A program made the position numbers and the translations under genes. From Carpediemonas membranifera BICM (Eukaryota > Protista > Fornicata), in assembly GCA_019828565.1 (NCBI GenBank), contig JAHDYR010000012.1, positions 806,001 to 870,000 of the forward strand: a stretch of DNA of 64,000 nucleotides, written 5' to 3'. Below, piece by piece: positions 46,201-57,333 of the stretch (positions within the stretch are counted from its first letter, which is position 1; each line of letters begins with the position of its first letter). The notes under the pieces are model-generated. The model did no database searches and was not told the origin of the DNA. It saw nothing but the letters and a program-made list of their open reading frames with translations.

Positions 46201-46800
46201 AGTCCTCGAGAGACCCCACGTCGATACACCGGATGGTCTGCATACCGCCGTTGATGAACCGTTTAAGCGAGTAGCCATCGACACCTTAGGTCCGTTCCCC
46301 AAGTCGCAGGGGTTCACGCACATCTCCGTCATCATAGATATGTGTAGTAGGTGGACCGAGTTGGTTCCAGTTACAGGTACGACTGCGCAAGCCGCAGTTA
46401 CGGCGTTCGTTAATAACTGGGTCTTACGCTATGGCTGCCCCGAGGTCTTACAGACTGACGGCGGGCCCGAGTTTAACAATCAGCTCATGAAGTCCCTGGC
46501 CGACGAGATGGGTTTCCACACCCATGTTACGACTCCACATCACCCGCAATCTAATGGCATCGTCGAACGGGCCAACAGTGGAGTTCTCAAAATCTTGAAG
46601 GCCAGAAAGTTCCATTTCCGGGACGCGGACTGGGTCAAGCACTTACCTGTCGCACAATTTATCGTCAATTCGACGCCCAGGATACCCACTCACCTCTCAC
46701 CATCCGAGATCATACTAGGTGTCAACATCAGGATCCCGAACGAGATCATCATCTGCACCCACTCGACTAGCGCCAGAATACAGGACAGACGCGCGGCGGC
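43275..46800 (+). mobile_element. Ty3/gypsy LTR retrotransposon 1, 3'-truncated; candidate 5' LTR 43275-43386
   Basis: Starts with TG exactly at the satellite break; gag-pol ORF follows; no GPY/F, chromodomain or 3' LTR seen. Confidence 0.88.
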
Positions 46801-46810
46801 TGGCCTGTAG
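43412..46810 (+). CDS. Gag-Pol polyprotein (2x CCHC knuckle, protease, RT, RNase H, integrase)
   Basis: CYNCGGKGH, CQKCGKSGH, LIDSGA, YIDD, TDASG, HHCC, IDTLGP/TDGG/VER; Ty3 domain order. Confidence 0.93.
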   Translation: MLKSPDLNELFIFVDKFNDYRALGGKRDIEKLIDSEVREMVTAILPADDLDDAEEEIPLLLNQHHRAARSRAQKDLKIIKRLGRALRPTQEVNKLRLFRITAKDFSPIEVARVNKKFRITMAVVQPELPLETLRDIYVRCFKFGSNQTMYRIKEVIQDMSLEDAMPRVLALSRTVQESTAIANAFQDKPSNAEHHHTSRNSHRRNDRKPQSRPTEDRSHATRPEHASTKPIDKKGRRDHSQFTCYNCGGKGHAVYECKKPKNKCQKCGKSGHLDRFCKSPQYLSLFSMTSHKRKDSLPLCKVKVEGRDVVALIDSGANCSTISPKLTKGMTRISDEERSVRTAKGTIQSQGSVQGNIKLMPSAFTPKAVSFKPELIVLDTEFDVVLGYPHLVELGILPDVNVESGEDSDEVQVPEAFKHNAAIFSLSDQSTKSQAELIKRFSDLFQDRDEPSRLEPYDLVLKDDRVVNARPYYVPPAKIHVVREHIDTLLAKKYIEACQSQYASPAMTVPKKGGKSRFVVDFRRINELTEPFDYPIPRIDEVLSQLAGQKIFATLDLSSGYHQIPLTERSRPLTAFTTVLGQYQYRRMPFGLRNAGAHFQKAMERAFAGLVGSSCYIYIDDIIVFGSDEAEYLANLERVLDRARKVKLQLNREKCQFGRQEVEFLGWVVNDGQVSIAPSRVDDIANLQMPTSIKGMQGLVGFLNYFRDHIPHFAEIGHPLINAMSGHTSLGLTAQQEALDKLKQSLTSADALAIFDATKEHSIMTDASGVGYGAVLLQEGKPVCYMSKAFNATQSRWSTIEKEAYAIVAALQRWRKFLAWGPFSILTDHRNLTFMYRSINPKVRRWADAISDLDFEIKHVAGLDNGAADGLSRVFTMFTRKATTDEIEEAHTTAGAHLSRRLTTEKLRAEGLSVSRAAVDQVIAACPVCQVLERPHVDTPDGLHTAVDEPFKRVAIDTLGPFPKSQGFTHISVIIDMCSRWTELVPVTGTTAQAAVTAFVNNWVLRYGCPEVLQTDGGPEFNNQLMKSLADEMGFHTHVTTPHHPQSNGIVERANSGVLKILKARKFHFRDADWVKHLPVAQFIVNSTPRIPTHLSPSEIILGVNIRIPNEIIICTHSTSARIQDRRAAAGL

Positions 46811-47737
46811 CCTTATGGCTAGGGAAAGATTGTTTAATATAAGAAAACCCATGATGTGGTGAATATGGTCAATACTATATAAATCTATGAAATGGTAATC
46901 CTATGTAACATTGGGTAAGACCCACTGCACTGCCCCTCCAGTGCCCGTAAGGCACGACCTCAAGCAACGCATATATATGGTCGGCAATAGCCGATGAGGA
47001 TTAGTGAAGTGACAACCGCTTCGAACGTACGAGAGCCACCAAGTACGATCGAAACAGTCTACTCTATTGGCGGTAGAGTAGGCTATGTCTGCCCTTCAGG
47101 CCTTGATCTACGATCTTAGCCAGTATTATGTAAAGATATGGTTGATACTATTATTCGAATCTGTATCTATAAAAAATCTTGTGGTACCACTGTATAAACG
47201 CGCGCGCTAAGTTAGGTATAGGGTATCTTACATGTCCCTGCCCTCCACGGCCGGAATACGGCCGTGATTGTGGCGGTTTGGTTCGGCTGTGCATTTTATG
47301 GCACAATGAACCGCGGTTTCGAAAGTTTCACTATACGCGGTATGCAAAGCGCTAGCCAGCGTATAGTTGTCAAAAATGGGGTTTTCAGCCCTCAACGACG
47401 CTTCGTTGGCGAGTTCTCGACGTTTTTTTCTTTTCGGTGCCGAATGAAGGTGCTGCTCTGCGCTACGTGTGTCCTTCATGAATAACAACATCAATACTTA
47501 GTAAAAGCCTTCGTTGCTGCACTGTTTGTGGGATATTGAGGAGTATCTTCACGATTCTCCTCAAGGCTTCATGAGCGTCATCGAATCGACCTCCTGCGCC
47601 CAGGCTCCGGTCATGATCATGGCTGCTATGGTCTGCGGGTTAGTCAGCTAGGTTGCAGTAGTTCCCATAAAGTACGATAATTACGTCAATGCATGTAAAT
47701 GCTGCTTTGAAGGATTTCAAAGCAGCCGTTTGAGGAT

Positions 47738-48679
47738 ATGGAGAATTATACCGCCGCAATGAAGGCTATAATCGAGGAACTAAGCGATGACGATGACATT
47801 GCCGCCCTCAATCGCGTCTTCCGCCACGTTATTCGCAAGCGTGCTCGTCGACGCGTTGGATCTACCGCCAACTCCGACAACACGACTAATCAGTCCTCTA
47901 TTGATGCTTCAACAACCGCTACGGGCTCAACAGTCAACGATCAGGAGCGCCAGCCCGATTCCAGCGTGGTTCCGGCAACCGTCGTCGGCGATTCGCGTCC
48001 GTCTCGCCGTGCTAGAGGCAAGCGCCGTATCGGCGTCCGTGATCGAGTTCTCCCGCCGGCAGTCACGGGCGCGGACGTGGTGTTCGAGCCTCCCCGCATT
48101 GATCGCGCCACACGGCTGCGGGGTGAGCTCGATCACGTCATCTCGACGGTCACGGCGACGTTATCGACATTCTCATCGCATCTAGAGCTGTCAGTGCAGC
48201 CGTTCCTCGATGTGTTGATGAGCGGTGCGCTTAACCAGGCATCGCTGACCTCCGTTCAGCGCCTCGACGGTGGCGTCATCGCTCTGTCTGGGGCAGTCGA
48301 TGACTACTATCTGCTTGTCGGCTTCCGCAAGTACTTCGATCTTGGCTCCGGTGTCAGCGACCGGGAGATCATGAACCAGGTATTCAACGGTCGCCGTGCC
48401 GGCGATATCCGCCGGGAGGTCCTGGATGAGGCGGCACGCCTTCTTGCCGTTGGGGTCGACACGGCACGTAGCCACGTCCGCCGGCTCTATCTTCTTACGC
48501 ATCATGTTCCGTATTATGCAGTGCTACAGCACGCGATCTGGAGCCGGGTGCTGCAGGGCCGGCAGTGCCTGTATCGATTTGCCAATGACTGCTACGCCCT
48601 TGCCTGCGCCGAGGAGCTGCCGACCCTCAGCCTCCCCCCCGGTAGGTACCCCGGTTTCTTCGTCTTACACAGGATATGA
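47738..48679 (+). CDS. Hypothetical protein (313 aa)
   Basis: ATG-started ORF with a basic patch and low-complexity linker; no family recognised. Confidence 0.55.
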   Translation: MENYTAAMKAIIEELSDDDDIAALNRVFRHVIRKRARRRVGSTANSDNTTNQSSIDASTTATGSTVNDQERQPDSSVVPATVVGDSRPSRRARGKRRIGVRDRVLPPAVTGADVVFEPPRIDRATRLRGELDHVISTVTATLSTFSSHLELSVQPFLDVLMSGALNQASLTSVQRLDGGVIALSGAVDDYYLLVGFRKYFDLGSGVSDREIMNQVFNGRRAGDIRREVLDEAARLLAVGVDTARSHVRRLYLLTHHVPYYAVLQHAIWSRVLQGRQCLYRFANDCYALACAEELPTLSLPPGRYPGFFVLHRI

Positions 48680-48978
48680 CCCGCTTTCAGGTCTACGAGC
48701 GCGACCGGTATTATCGCGTGCTGGCTGTGCGTGGTCACTGGTGGCTGTTCGTTGAGCAGGCCTACCGTGGTCGCGCTGGCTCCTTCTTGCTCCTTGTCGC
48801 CTACGACGGGTTCCCTGAAGCAAGTCTGACGCCGGTTAACGCAGACCTTGTCCGCGTGGCTGTGGTCAACCAGTACCTCAGGGCTCATTCCGAGCTCTGG
48901 GACGTTCTGCCTGAGTCCCTGCAGGTAGAGTTGGAAGAAGTGGTGACCAGTGACGAGGAGTCTGCCGGTGACGAGTAA
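48676..48978 (+). CDS. Stand-alone chromodomain-like protein
   Basis: YRVLAVRGH...FLLLVAYDGFPEASLTPVNADL...VVNQYLRAH parallels the element chromodomains in this window; ATGA overlap with the upstream ORF. Confidence 0.5.
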   Translation: MTRFQVYERDRYYRVLAVRGHWWLFVEQAYRGRAGSFLLLVAYDGFPEASLTPVNADLVRVAVVNQYLRAHSELWDVLPESLQVELEEVVTSDEESAGDE

Positions 48979-48979
48979 A

Positions 48980-50998
48980 TGTTCTGATGATCTTGGTTAG
49001 CGCCTTGATAGTCCGTTATTTACACGGCTATGTACAAGGGCTATCCGTCTGTATTGTTCGCCAGGAAGATGTCGAGAGCTGCGCAGTCCTTAACGTTCTT
49101 ATATGGTTCCCACGTGGCTTCTTCGTCCTCAAATCCGGCCCAGTGCACGAGGTACTTCTTCTGCGACATGGTACCTGACCCGCGTACTGCTGAAATGCGG
49201 TCGACCAACCACTCGTCCCTGCTAGTTGCAGCGAGTTGCTGGATCTGGTCGTCAGTTAGTGTACCGGGGTTGAACCTTCGCACTCGTGCGGCATCGACCT
49301 TGATGGTCTTACCATTCGTGGGTGACTCTGCCATGTCTTGGACTTCATATGACACGGTGACGCCTGATTGCTTGATGCTCTTAACGCGCCTCATCGGGCC
49401 TCTCCACCCTGGTGATAGTTTGTCAGGTGGGCGAGAGGGGTACTTGACCAAGACGTAACGACTCAGGATCTCCGTACGCGACGAGACGGCCTTCGACCAC
49501 GCGTCCTCCTTCATCGCTTGGATGCGAGCCTTCGCCAGCTGAATTGCCGCGTCGGCGGCTGCCCGGTGTGACTGCTTGGCGCTCGCTGACGCTTGCTTGG
49601 TAACGTATATTGAGCTAGGCACGGTGAGGTTATATCCCAGGACGATCTCAGCCGGTGATAGGCGGGTTGGGACTCGCGGCGTGGCGTTGATGATAAAGCT
49701 CGCGACAGGCAGGTGATGTATGCAGTTAGAGTCTCTTATGTGGAACTTGCGTGCCTTCAAGATGCGTAACACCTCCTTGTTGGCTCGCTCCACCATCCCG
49801 TTTGACTGTGGATGGTGGGCCGTAGTGATGTGCGTATCAAAGCCCAACTCCTTGGACAACCGTTGGAATAGCTTGTTGTTAAACTCTGGCCCTCCATCGG
49901 ACTGTAACACCTCTGGGCACCCGAAGCGCAGTACCCAGTTGTTGACGAATGCGTCAGCTGCTGCTTCGGCTGTGGTCCCGGAGACGGCAACCAGCTCGGT
50001 CCACCGTGAGCACATGTCGACCATGACCGTAATGTGCGTCATACCGTCCCGCGTTGGGAATGGCCCCATAGTGTCGATCGCTACGCGTTTGAACGGGGTC
50101 TCTACAGCCGTATGTAACCCGGCCACAGTCTGCTCGGGTGGTCGTTCTAGCACTTGGCACGTGGGGCAATGAGAGATGAACTCGTCCACAGCCGAGCGGG
50201 ATACGCTCAACCCGTCGGCTCTCAGTCTGTCGATTGTCTTCTCGAGAAATGAGCGCCTGCCATCTCGTGTGCCTTCTTAATCTGATCAGTGGTCGCCTGG
50301 GAGCGTACGGTGAAAACTCTCGATAGTCCGTCGGCTCCGGCGTTGTCTAAACCTGCAACGTGCTCAATACCGAAGTCTAAGTCGGACAGGGTGTCAGCCC
50401 ATCGCTTGACCTTGGCGTTAACGCTCCGGAACATGAACAGGAGGTTCCTGTGGTCGGTCAGGATTGTGAAATGGCCCCAACTGAGGAACTTGCGCCAGCG
50501 TTGTACGGCAGCTATAATGGCGTACGCCTCCTTCTCACTGGTAGACCATCTCGCCTGCACCTCATTAAAGGCCTTACTCATATAGCATACTGGCCTACCC
50601 TCTTGGAGGAGTACTGCACCGTAGCCGAGCCCTGAGGCATCAGTCATAATAGTGTGCTCCTTAGTCGCGTCGAAGATGGCGAGTGCGTCCGCCGATGTGA
50701 GAGCATCCTTGATCTTCTTCAGCGCTGCGTCCTGTTCAGGCTGGCCGATAGGCCTGCGCCCGGCCATTGCCTCAGTCAAGGGGAGGGCGATCTCGGCGAA
50801 ACGGTCCACGTGATCTCTGAAATAGTTCAGAAAGCCTACTAAGCCCTGCATCCCACGGACGCTCTTGGGCAACTGGAGCTCTGCAATGTCGGCTACCCGG
50901 TCGGGGGCGATGTGTTTCTGCCCCTCGGAGATTACCCAACCTAGGAACTCGACCTCGGCACGGCCAAACTGGCACTTCTCCCTATTGAGCTGTAACCA
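48980..50998 (-). mobile_element. Ty3/gypsy chromovirus 2, 5'-truncated (end of RT, RNase H, IN, chromodomain), frameshifted near 50230; candidate 57-bp 3' LTR 48980-49036
   Basis: Closely similar to element 1 (LQLNREKCQFGR, TDASG, FKRVAIDT); WLVDRI...YLVHWAGFEDEEATWEP; TGTACATA...AACA after the stop codon. Confidence 0.88.
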
Positions 50999-52062
50999 TA
51001 CTGTCAACATCCCTAGATTATCTTTGCTAAACCCTAGATTATCTTCGACCTCAAAAAGCTAGATAATCTACGGTTGCAAGAAAAAATGAACTCGACGATG
51101 AGCCGGAGCTGGATCTTCAAAGTGGTATGGTAGTACTTGGCTATACCTAAGCAATACGCATGCGCAGTATCAAACTTTAAATCCTGCTAGAAAAAAGTAA
51201 CATAGGGACAAATTGGAATTGAGAGTTGAGACTCAAAAAACGGGCAGGGGGGAGGAAATGGTCCATAAGTACGCCTTATGGGTCGCTTCCTCCCCTCTGC
51301 CCCTTTTTTTATCGCAAAATCGATTTGCCGGATTTGACACACGTTTGATGTGATCAAAATGGATTTGATAGACATGGGTCCAGATCATGCAGTTGGCCAT
51401 CCTGAAGCGCTAGGGCGGTCTGCAGACCGCAGCAATGCCTCTGCTGAATGCCCTTCGCCTGACGGACAGGACGCGCGTTGACTCTAAAGGACTGCATGTT
51501 TCGGCATTAAAAGAAGGTGTGGAATACAACGGAGTCATCGCCGAACCGCTCCGACCAAGTCGGTTATTAGGACATCGCGTTCAGACGCCCTCTGCAATTA
51601 CCAAGTCAATAGATGGGAGTCGACCTGATCAGCACGTCATTTGGGGCCTCAGGTGACTCTATAGCTGAGTTTGGCTGGGCGCTGCTGCGGCCATGGGCCG
51701 CTAGTGCCCTTACTGGCTCGTTTCTCCTCGTATAGCGGCCGTAGAGGTCTGATCTGAGTCTCGTTATAATAGTCTGCCCGAGTAGAGTCCAGCCATACCG
51801 TAAATGTCCCCCAATCTCCCCCTCCCGGTCGCTCATACCTCCAAAATGGCCTGTAGGAAGCTTAATAAGGGCGGATTTCCCATAAGTCGTGGCATAGAGG
51901 GAAGAGACTTTGTACACAGCCCCCTGATCGTGGGTTCAATTTTCACCGGGAGCAAATAGGTATTTTTGGCAGACAACGCCGCTCCGAGCTCTATTGCGCC
52001 CAGCGGTGCCTGCAGCGGCCAGAACAGAGCTAGAATTCGGGTGATTTTTAATCTCGATCGAA

Positions 52063-52859
52063 ATGCTGCTGAAGCACGCTCTAGAGGGACTGAAGCGCTC
52101 TACGAAGGAGCAATACAAGCAGACATATCAAAAACTGTGCGTTTACCTTGAGTGCGACGATGAGGATGCTGATGTTGTTATTTGCACAGAGATCCGACAA
52201 AATAGTGACGTATTCGAACAGTTTCTGGACTCTCTGTCCTTCTGTCGCCGTTTTGGACGGTACAAGTCCATCTCGATGCCTCAAAAGGCTCTCGTTCGCC
52301 TTCTTCGCACTGCTGGTGCCGAAACCGACCTAATTTGCAGGATAAGGTCTCACACGCTTCCGGCACGCCAGGTGCTGACTAACGAGGAGTACGACAAGCT
52401 CACGAGAGCTCTGAAGTACGACATTGCCGAATCCCACCGTCAGCTCGCCCTAGTCGTTGCTCTCTGCCGGCTGGGATCGTATGTCGCAGACCTACGTGAC
52501 TTAGACCCGCGCTACAGGAGTTGATGCAAGAGGCTGCCGTGGATCACCCTGCCTTTGAGACCCTTATCCGGATGTCCAAGGACCTTGATTCGCTCTGGCA
52601 TACTGTAAGAATGGCTAGAGTCTCCCGGGAGATACTGTGGAGATACTCATGTGTCAACGCTGGTCAAACCTCGCGATCCAGGCGATCTCAGGCACCTCCA
52701 GAACATCTAGAAGGTAGTTATAGAAGCATAAAAGACATGTCTGGCGTCTTGAAGTATCACATGGTGTCAGTGTTGATAAAAGAGGATAACGCATTTTATG
52801 TTGTAAGTGTGAAGTGCTCGTTCGAACATGGGATCTTAACAGCGGTGTTTTATAGCTAA
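52063..52859 (+). pseudogene. Degenerate tyrosine-recombinase-like gene
   Basis: LKRSTKEQYKQTYQKLCVYL (core-binding-like); PARQVLTNEEYDKL...RQLALVVALCRLGSYVADL resembles box I but lacks the catalytic Arg; ORF split. Confidence 0.45.
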
Positions 52860-52934
52860 TAGCAATGCCCTCTGAAGTTTTCAGCCTCCAGTATCTTCTA
52901 CTTCCGTATGAATTAATGATTGAATCAAGAGATT

Positions 52935-53043
52935 GAGAAAATGAAGACTTCCCCACAAAAACCAAACATGGGGGGATAATCCATGGGGGTCAAGTACTAT
53001 CAAGTACTATACTCAGGTTCTGTGGGGAAGTCTTCATTTTCTC
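52935..53043. repeat. ~28-bp inverted repeat enclosing short tandem duplications
   Basis: GAGAAAATGAAGACTTCCCCACA ... TGTGGGGAAGTCTTCATTTTCTC; the spacer has CATGGGGG x2 and TCAAGTACTA x2. Confidence 0.8.
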
Positions 53044-53501
53044 GCATTCGAAAATCTGCAAAATTTTATCAACGATGAGATGGTCTTGGAAGATTGTGCT
53101 AACAACAGAGGTGTAACTAGATCAACAAAGGATCATGGAACCCTTGGTTTGTCCTAACGCCCGAAACAGTGCCCAAAGAGCTCGTGACACAGGTGAACGC
53201 CAGAAAGAAATGAAGTTGCTCAGAGTGTACACCATATTGTCCTAGTTCCAATACTTTTTACCATTTTCTTCCAGCTGCTTTCGTTGGCGAGTTTCATTTT
53301 TTTCTTACCGTTACTTCCGCAGTATCTTGCAAGATTCAGGGGGAAATTCAAATTCACTTTTCCTTTGAGGGCAAAGCAGAATTGCGCAATAACGCATCAA
53401 TGGGTATGAGAAGCATAGAATACGTATAAAACTCAGTGTAGTTGCTGCTCACAACTTTTTGGAGGAAACAGAGCAGCGGAAGCCCCAAACCAAAAATCTT
53501 T

Positions 53502-56231
53502 CACAAACTCTTGTGAAACTTGTGAAATGTGAAAGTGACTTCAGCAAAAATTCCTGAGCATGCACATTGTCATACAGACCTTCATTGGCACTGTCTACGA
53601 CAATACTGGCCCTCCAAGGACTGCAGAGCGTATGAACTACATTCTCGCTCATACATACCTCTCCCTTGTTGGTATTGGCGGAAATACACAGGATCGAGGC
53701 CGCCAGCGCCGAGAATTCCGTGAACTCATCTTGGAAATGGCTAACCAGGGCCTATTTGCGGACATGGAGGTCGATCCGAGATTTTTCGCCGACCCGCACG
53801 ACTCTCGACCCTTCTTGCGTGCAGTACGTTCCCATAGAGGAGTCGCCCCGACCTTCGATGTCTTACGTGACCACGCGCGTATTGCTGTCACCCACGAACG
53901 CTTGCGGAGACAGCACGAGGTCTCAACTGAGGAAACTGACAACTACAAGCAGATTTTTGGAGCTTGTTTCTATCCTGATGTACATCAAGTCGGGTTGTAA
54001 CGCAACCCATGAGCTCTTTAAGCTCATCCGTAGTCTTTCTGCGCGACTTCATATGCCAATCATCTCCAGCAAGGCTGCTGATATCTTCGTGAAGCAGTTG
54101 CAGGTCAATATCACCAAGATCAACGGCCTGGTTGCAGCGCTGACTAGACCAGAGGTTGCTTTCTTGGGTCATCTCGTCCCTGTGGAGTCTGTCACAGTCA
54201 ACACGACCTGGCGGTGGGGCAGAAATGGCACAAAGTCGAGACTCGAGTGCACCAATCGCCTAACGGTGGACGAGGGTGTCGATATCCAGCCCCTGACGGA
54301 CGCGGAGAACGTCATTGACTTCAAGTGGGAGAAGCCAATGCTTGATCTTCACTACGAGACGAGCGATGAGGCCACAAGTCATCGCCCTGAGCTCAAGCAG
54401 ACCCAGGGAGTCACCCTCGGCAAGCGGCTCAACAGCTCCACATGGGACAAGGTTGATCGAGTCTGGTTTGATGCCGTTCGTTACCTCAAGCAAGCTGTTC
54501 GCCACCCGGAATGGCTCGAGTCGGACCAGCCCAACTACGTTCGATGCAAGAACGCCCTTGGAAACAGGGTTGGAGTCACGTTTAGCCCCATGAAGATCCT
54601 ACTATGGCTTGACGGGTGGAAAGGGGGTTCTGCTGCCTTCAAGCTCCGCATATACGACCCCACAGGCTTCACATTCCCCAACAAGATTACTCCACCTTTC
54701 CGTATAGTCGAGTATATGGGTAGCGAGGGTGATTTGTTGATGGAAGAGTCTCTTTCTCGCGTCGAGAAGGAGATTGAGCGCCTATACACGAGTCAGATAC
54801 CCATCAGAGACACTGGTGAGGTCACGATCTTCGACCATGTCATCGTCATGGGCGATCATGCCGCCCTCCGCCACATGCTGTCCAGAAAGTCGGGCCGGCC
54901 CAACTATCCACACCCTTGCAACACGATTTACCACAAAAGTAAGGCGCTCCACCCGATAGCAGGCCGCCATCGTCTCACCATCAAGGACAACCTGGACGAT
55001 AAGACAGCATACCAGGCTGAAGTCGACGACCCGAACCGAGTTCAAGATGTACTTGCAATCTATGGCGATTTCACCAATGAACGCATGGTATTCGAGAATT
55101 GTAGTGTCATCCCTCTTGAGAAGATCGTCATATGCCCTCCATTCATGCACGACTCGCACCGTTTACTCGAGCAGGTTGCCCATATCTGTGGTTCTTTCAA
55201 GAAGCATCCCACCACCCGCGGGTCCCGCGAGGAGATCATCCAGAATAAGCTCCTCAACCTCAAGCTTGGCCGTATGTCGTCCATGCGAAGCATCGATAGG
55301 ACCGTAGGTTGTAACGAGCAGTCGTCCGCACGTGTAAGGATGGCTGCCACGACCAAGAGGACTACGTTGCTCTCCCTGAGTGCATTCAAGATATCATTCG
55401 GCTCATTGGCTACCTCCAGGCCATGTACTACTCGTCCGAACCTGTGACTGACGCGGCTGTCGCGTTTCACTTCATGGCTGCCGCAGTGGCCCACCTCATT
55501 CACGTCACGATTGCGTTCATTCCTAACAAGGATAAGACTTCCATATCCCTGCTATCAAGCAGCGAAGCGAAGACGAAGGAGAAACCGTGCGCTGAGAACC
55601 TCTACAGCATCAGCAGACTCACGACGCAGCCCCTGTGCCACAAGCATCTCAAGGTGCCGCTGTTCTATATCCTAGAGGAGTACTTTGAGCGAGAGTTCAT
55701 CAAGAACCAGGAGGTAGCAGCCAAGTTGCACAGGAAGGCAGTCCTTGAGGGCATTTGCTTGATCGAGCAGACAACTCTCGCGTGTTCCTTCCTGACGGGC
55801 ATGCGTTCTTTTTGGTCGGCAGGACTACTCTGTCCCCCAGCTCCAGCGACTCAAGTGTGTGCGAGTTCACGACTGCTGTAAGGATGCGAAGCATTGGTTT
55901 GGTGTCCGCTCACTGACCACCGTGACCTTCGAGCCAACTCGTGAGATGATCCAGACCTTTCAGGAGACTGTTGATGAAGTGTGGGAGTTTGTAGAAGAGC
56001 ATACGACGCTGACGTGGGGTGAGGAGGGCACGATGTCATGCAGTCTGGCGGACCATGGCATAGAGTTAGTTTGCTGCCTGTGTGGAGAGTGTAGCAGACA
56101 GAATTGAGGCATCCGCGTGATATAAAGTGATGGAAGATGGTTCCGTGATAAATTCATTCATTTTTCATATGTGCCACTTTTTTTTCATGAATGGCACATT
56201 TCACATTTCGCAGGTTTCACAAAAGTTTGTG
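53502..56231 (+). mobile_element. RAG1/Transib-like DDE DNA transposon with ~36-bp imperfect TIRs starting CAC
   Basis: Left CACAAACTCTTGTGAAACTTGTGAAATGTGAAA; reverse complement of the right end CACAAACTTTTGTGAAACCTGCGAAATGTGAAA; these enclose the transposase ORFs. Confidence 0.65.
53560..56107 (+). pseudogene. RAG1/Transib-like transposase, about 3 frameshifts
   Basis: WLDGWKG (D1), EYMGSEG...LSRVEKEIERL, VMGDHAAL...NYPHPC (D2), PPFMH, LEEYFE (E), in RAG1-core order. Confidence 0.6.
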
Positions 56232-56234
56232 AAA

Positions 56235-56708
56235 ATGAACCAAACGGGGAAAGAATCTTGGACAGAGGATACTCTTGCAGCCCATAAGGCTTATATACAG
56301 TACGTAAGACTTTCTGATAAGTCAGACATCATCCCCAGTGTCCGTACGTTTTTTAAGCAGGACGTTGCCACGAGAGGAGTTGATGACATCGATCATCGCT
56401 TCTTCATGTTTGTTCACCCAGTGTTGCCCAGGTATTTACCCAGATTGGTTGCGATTCGTGACTGCAAGACTGATTCCATCATTTCGGCCTTGTTGCTCAC
56501 GAAGGAGTCATACAACACCGAAGCTACTGATGAAACCCCTTCCGAGCTGCGCCAGGACTTATATGTTGTGGTTATTCGCACGGCATTCTATGCCAGGGGC
56601 AATGGTGTGCCGTGCCTTTGGGGCGTGCTAGCAAAACCTGGTGAGGAAGTATTTAATAGATTGCGATACGGTGCCGCGGGCCAGCCGGGACCGTATCGTA
56701 TCGGCTAA
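56235..56708 (+). CDS. Hypothetical protein with a possible partial GNAT motif
   Basis: ATG just outside the right TIR; VVVIRTAFYARGNGV resembles the acetyl-CoA-binding motif A. Confidence 0.3.
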   Translation: MNQTGKESWTEDTLAAHKAYIQYVRLSDKSDIIPSVRTFFKQDVATRGVDDIDHRFFMFVHPVLPRYLPRLVAIRDCKTDSIISALLLTKESYNTEATDETPSELRQDLYVVVIRTAFYARGNGVPCLWGVLAKPGEEVFNRLRYGAAGQPGPYRIG

Positions 56709-57333
56709 AAATAAATACTGATCGAGCCTAGAGTGGCATCAGCCATGACACTACCCCTCCCAGAGCGTCAGCTCGCATGTGCATTGGCATCTCTGGGCGC
56801 GTTGGGCTGTTACATGTTTTGTCAGGTTAGGCTAAAGTGCAGGCTAAGGTTTCGCAACGGGGGGCATACGAAGGTGGGGACAAAAAAAATGAACAGCAGG
56901 GCAATCCGTCTAGGCTTGTGTTGTAGTGCTGTGGTGACGTAGATGGTTCTTGGTTGGGCCTGTAGCTCGAGTGAGTGACGCTAGCGTCGTCGATGATGAG
57001 TGAGGTGAACTCCTAGAAACCTCGTGGAAGTTGAAGTAGATAGTTCTAGTAAAGGTACTGTATCTAGTTGCGTTGTTGTTCTCGTGATCCGAAGGGTATT
57101 TGCTGAGATATTCGACGTTTTGTCAAATTTTGCTGAGAAAATGGGAAGATGAGGTCGCTATGAGGTTGGTGATGGAGATAGGGGAAATGTGATCGTGGAT
57201 TTGAGAAGTAATTACTTTGTTGTACGGTTCTCCATGACCTTTTCCGCGTCAAAGGGCGTATAGCTTGTGGGGTGATGATCGTTCGATTCTGGAAATGAGC
57301 TCGTCATGCGTCAGAGTCGATTCACGATGAGAG

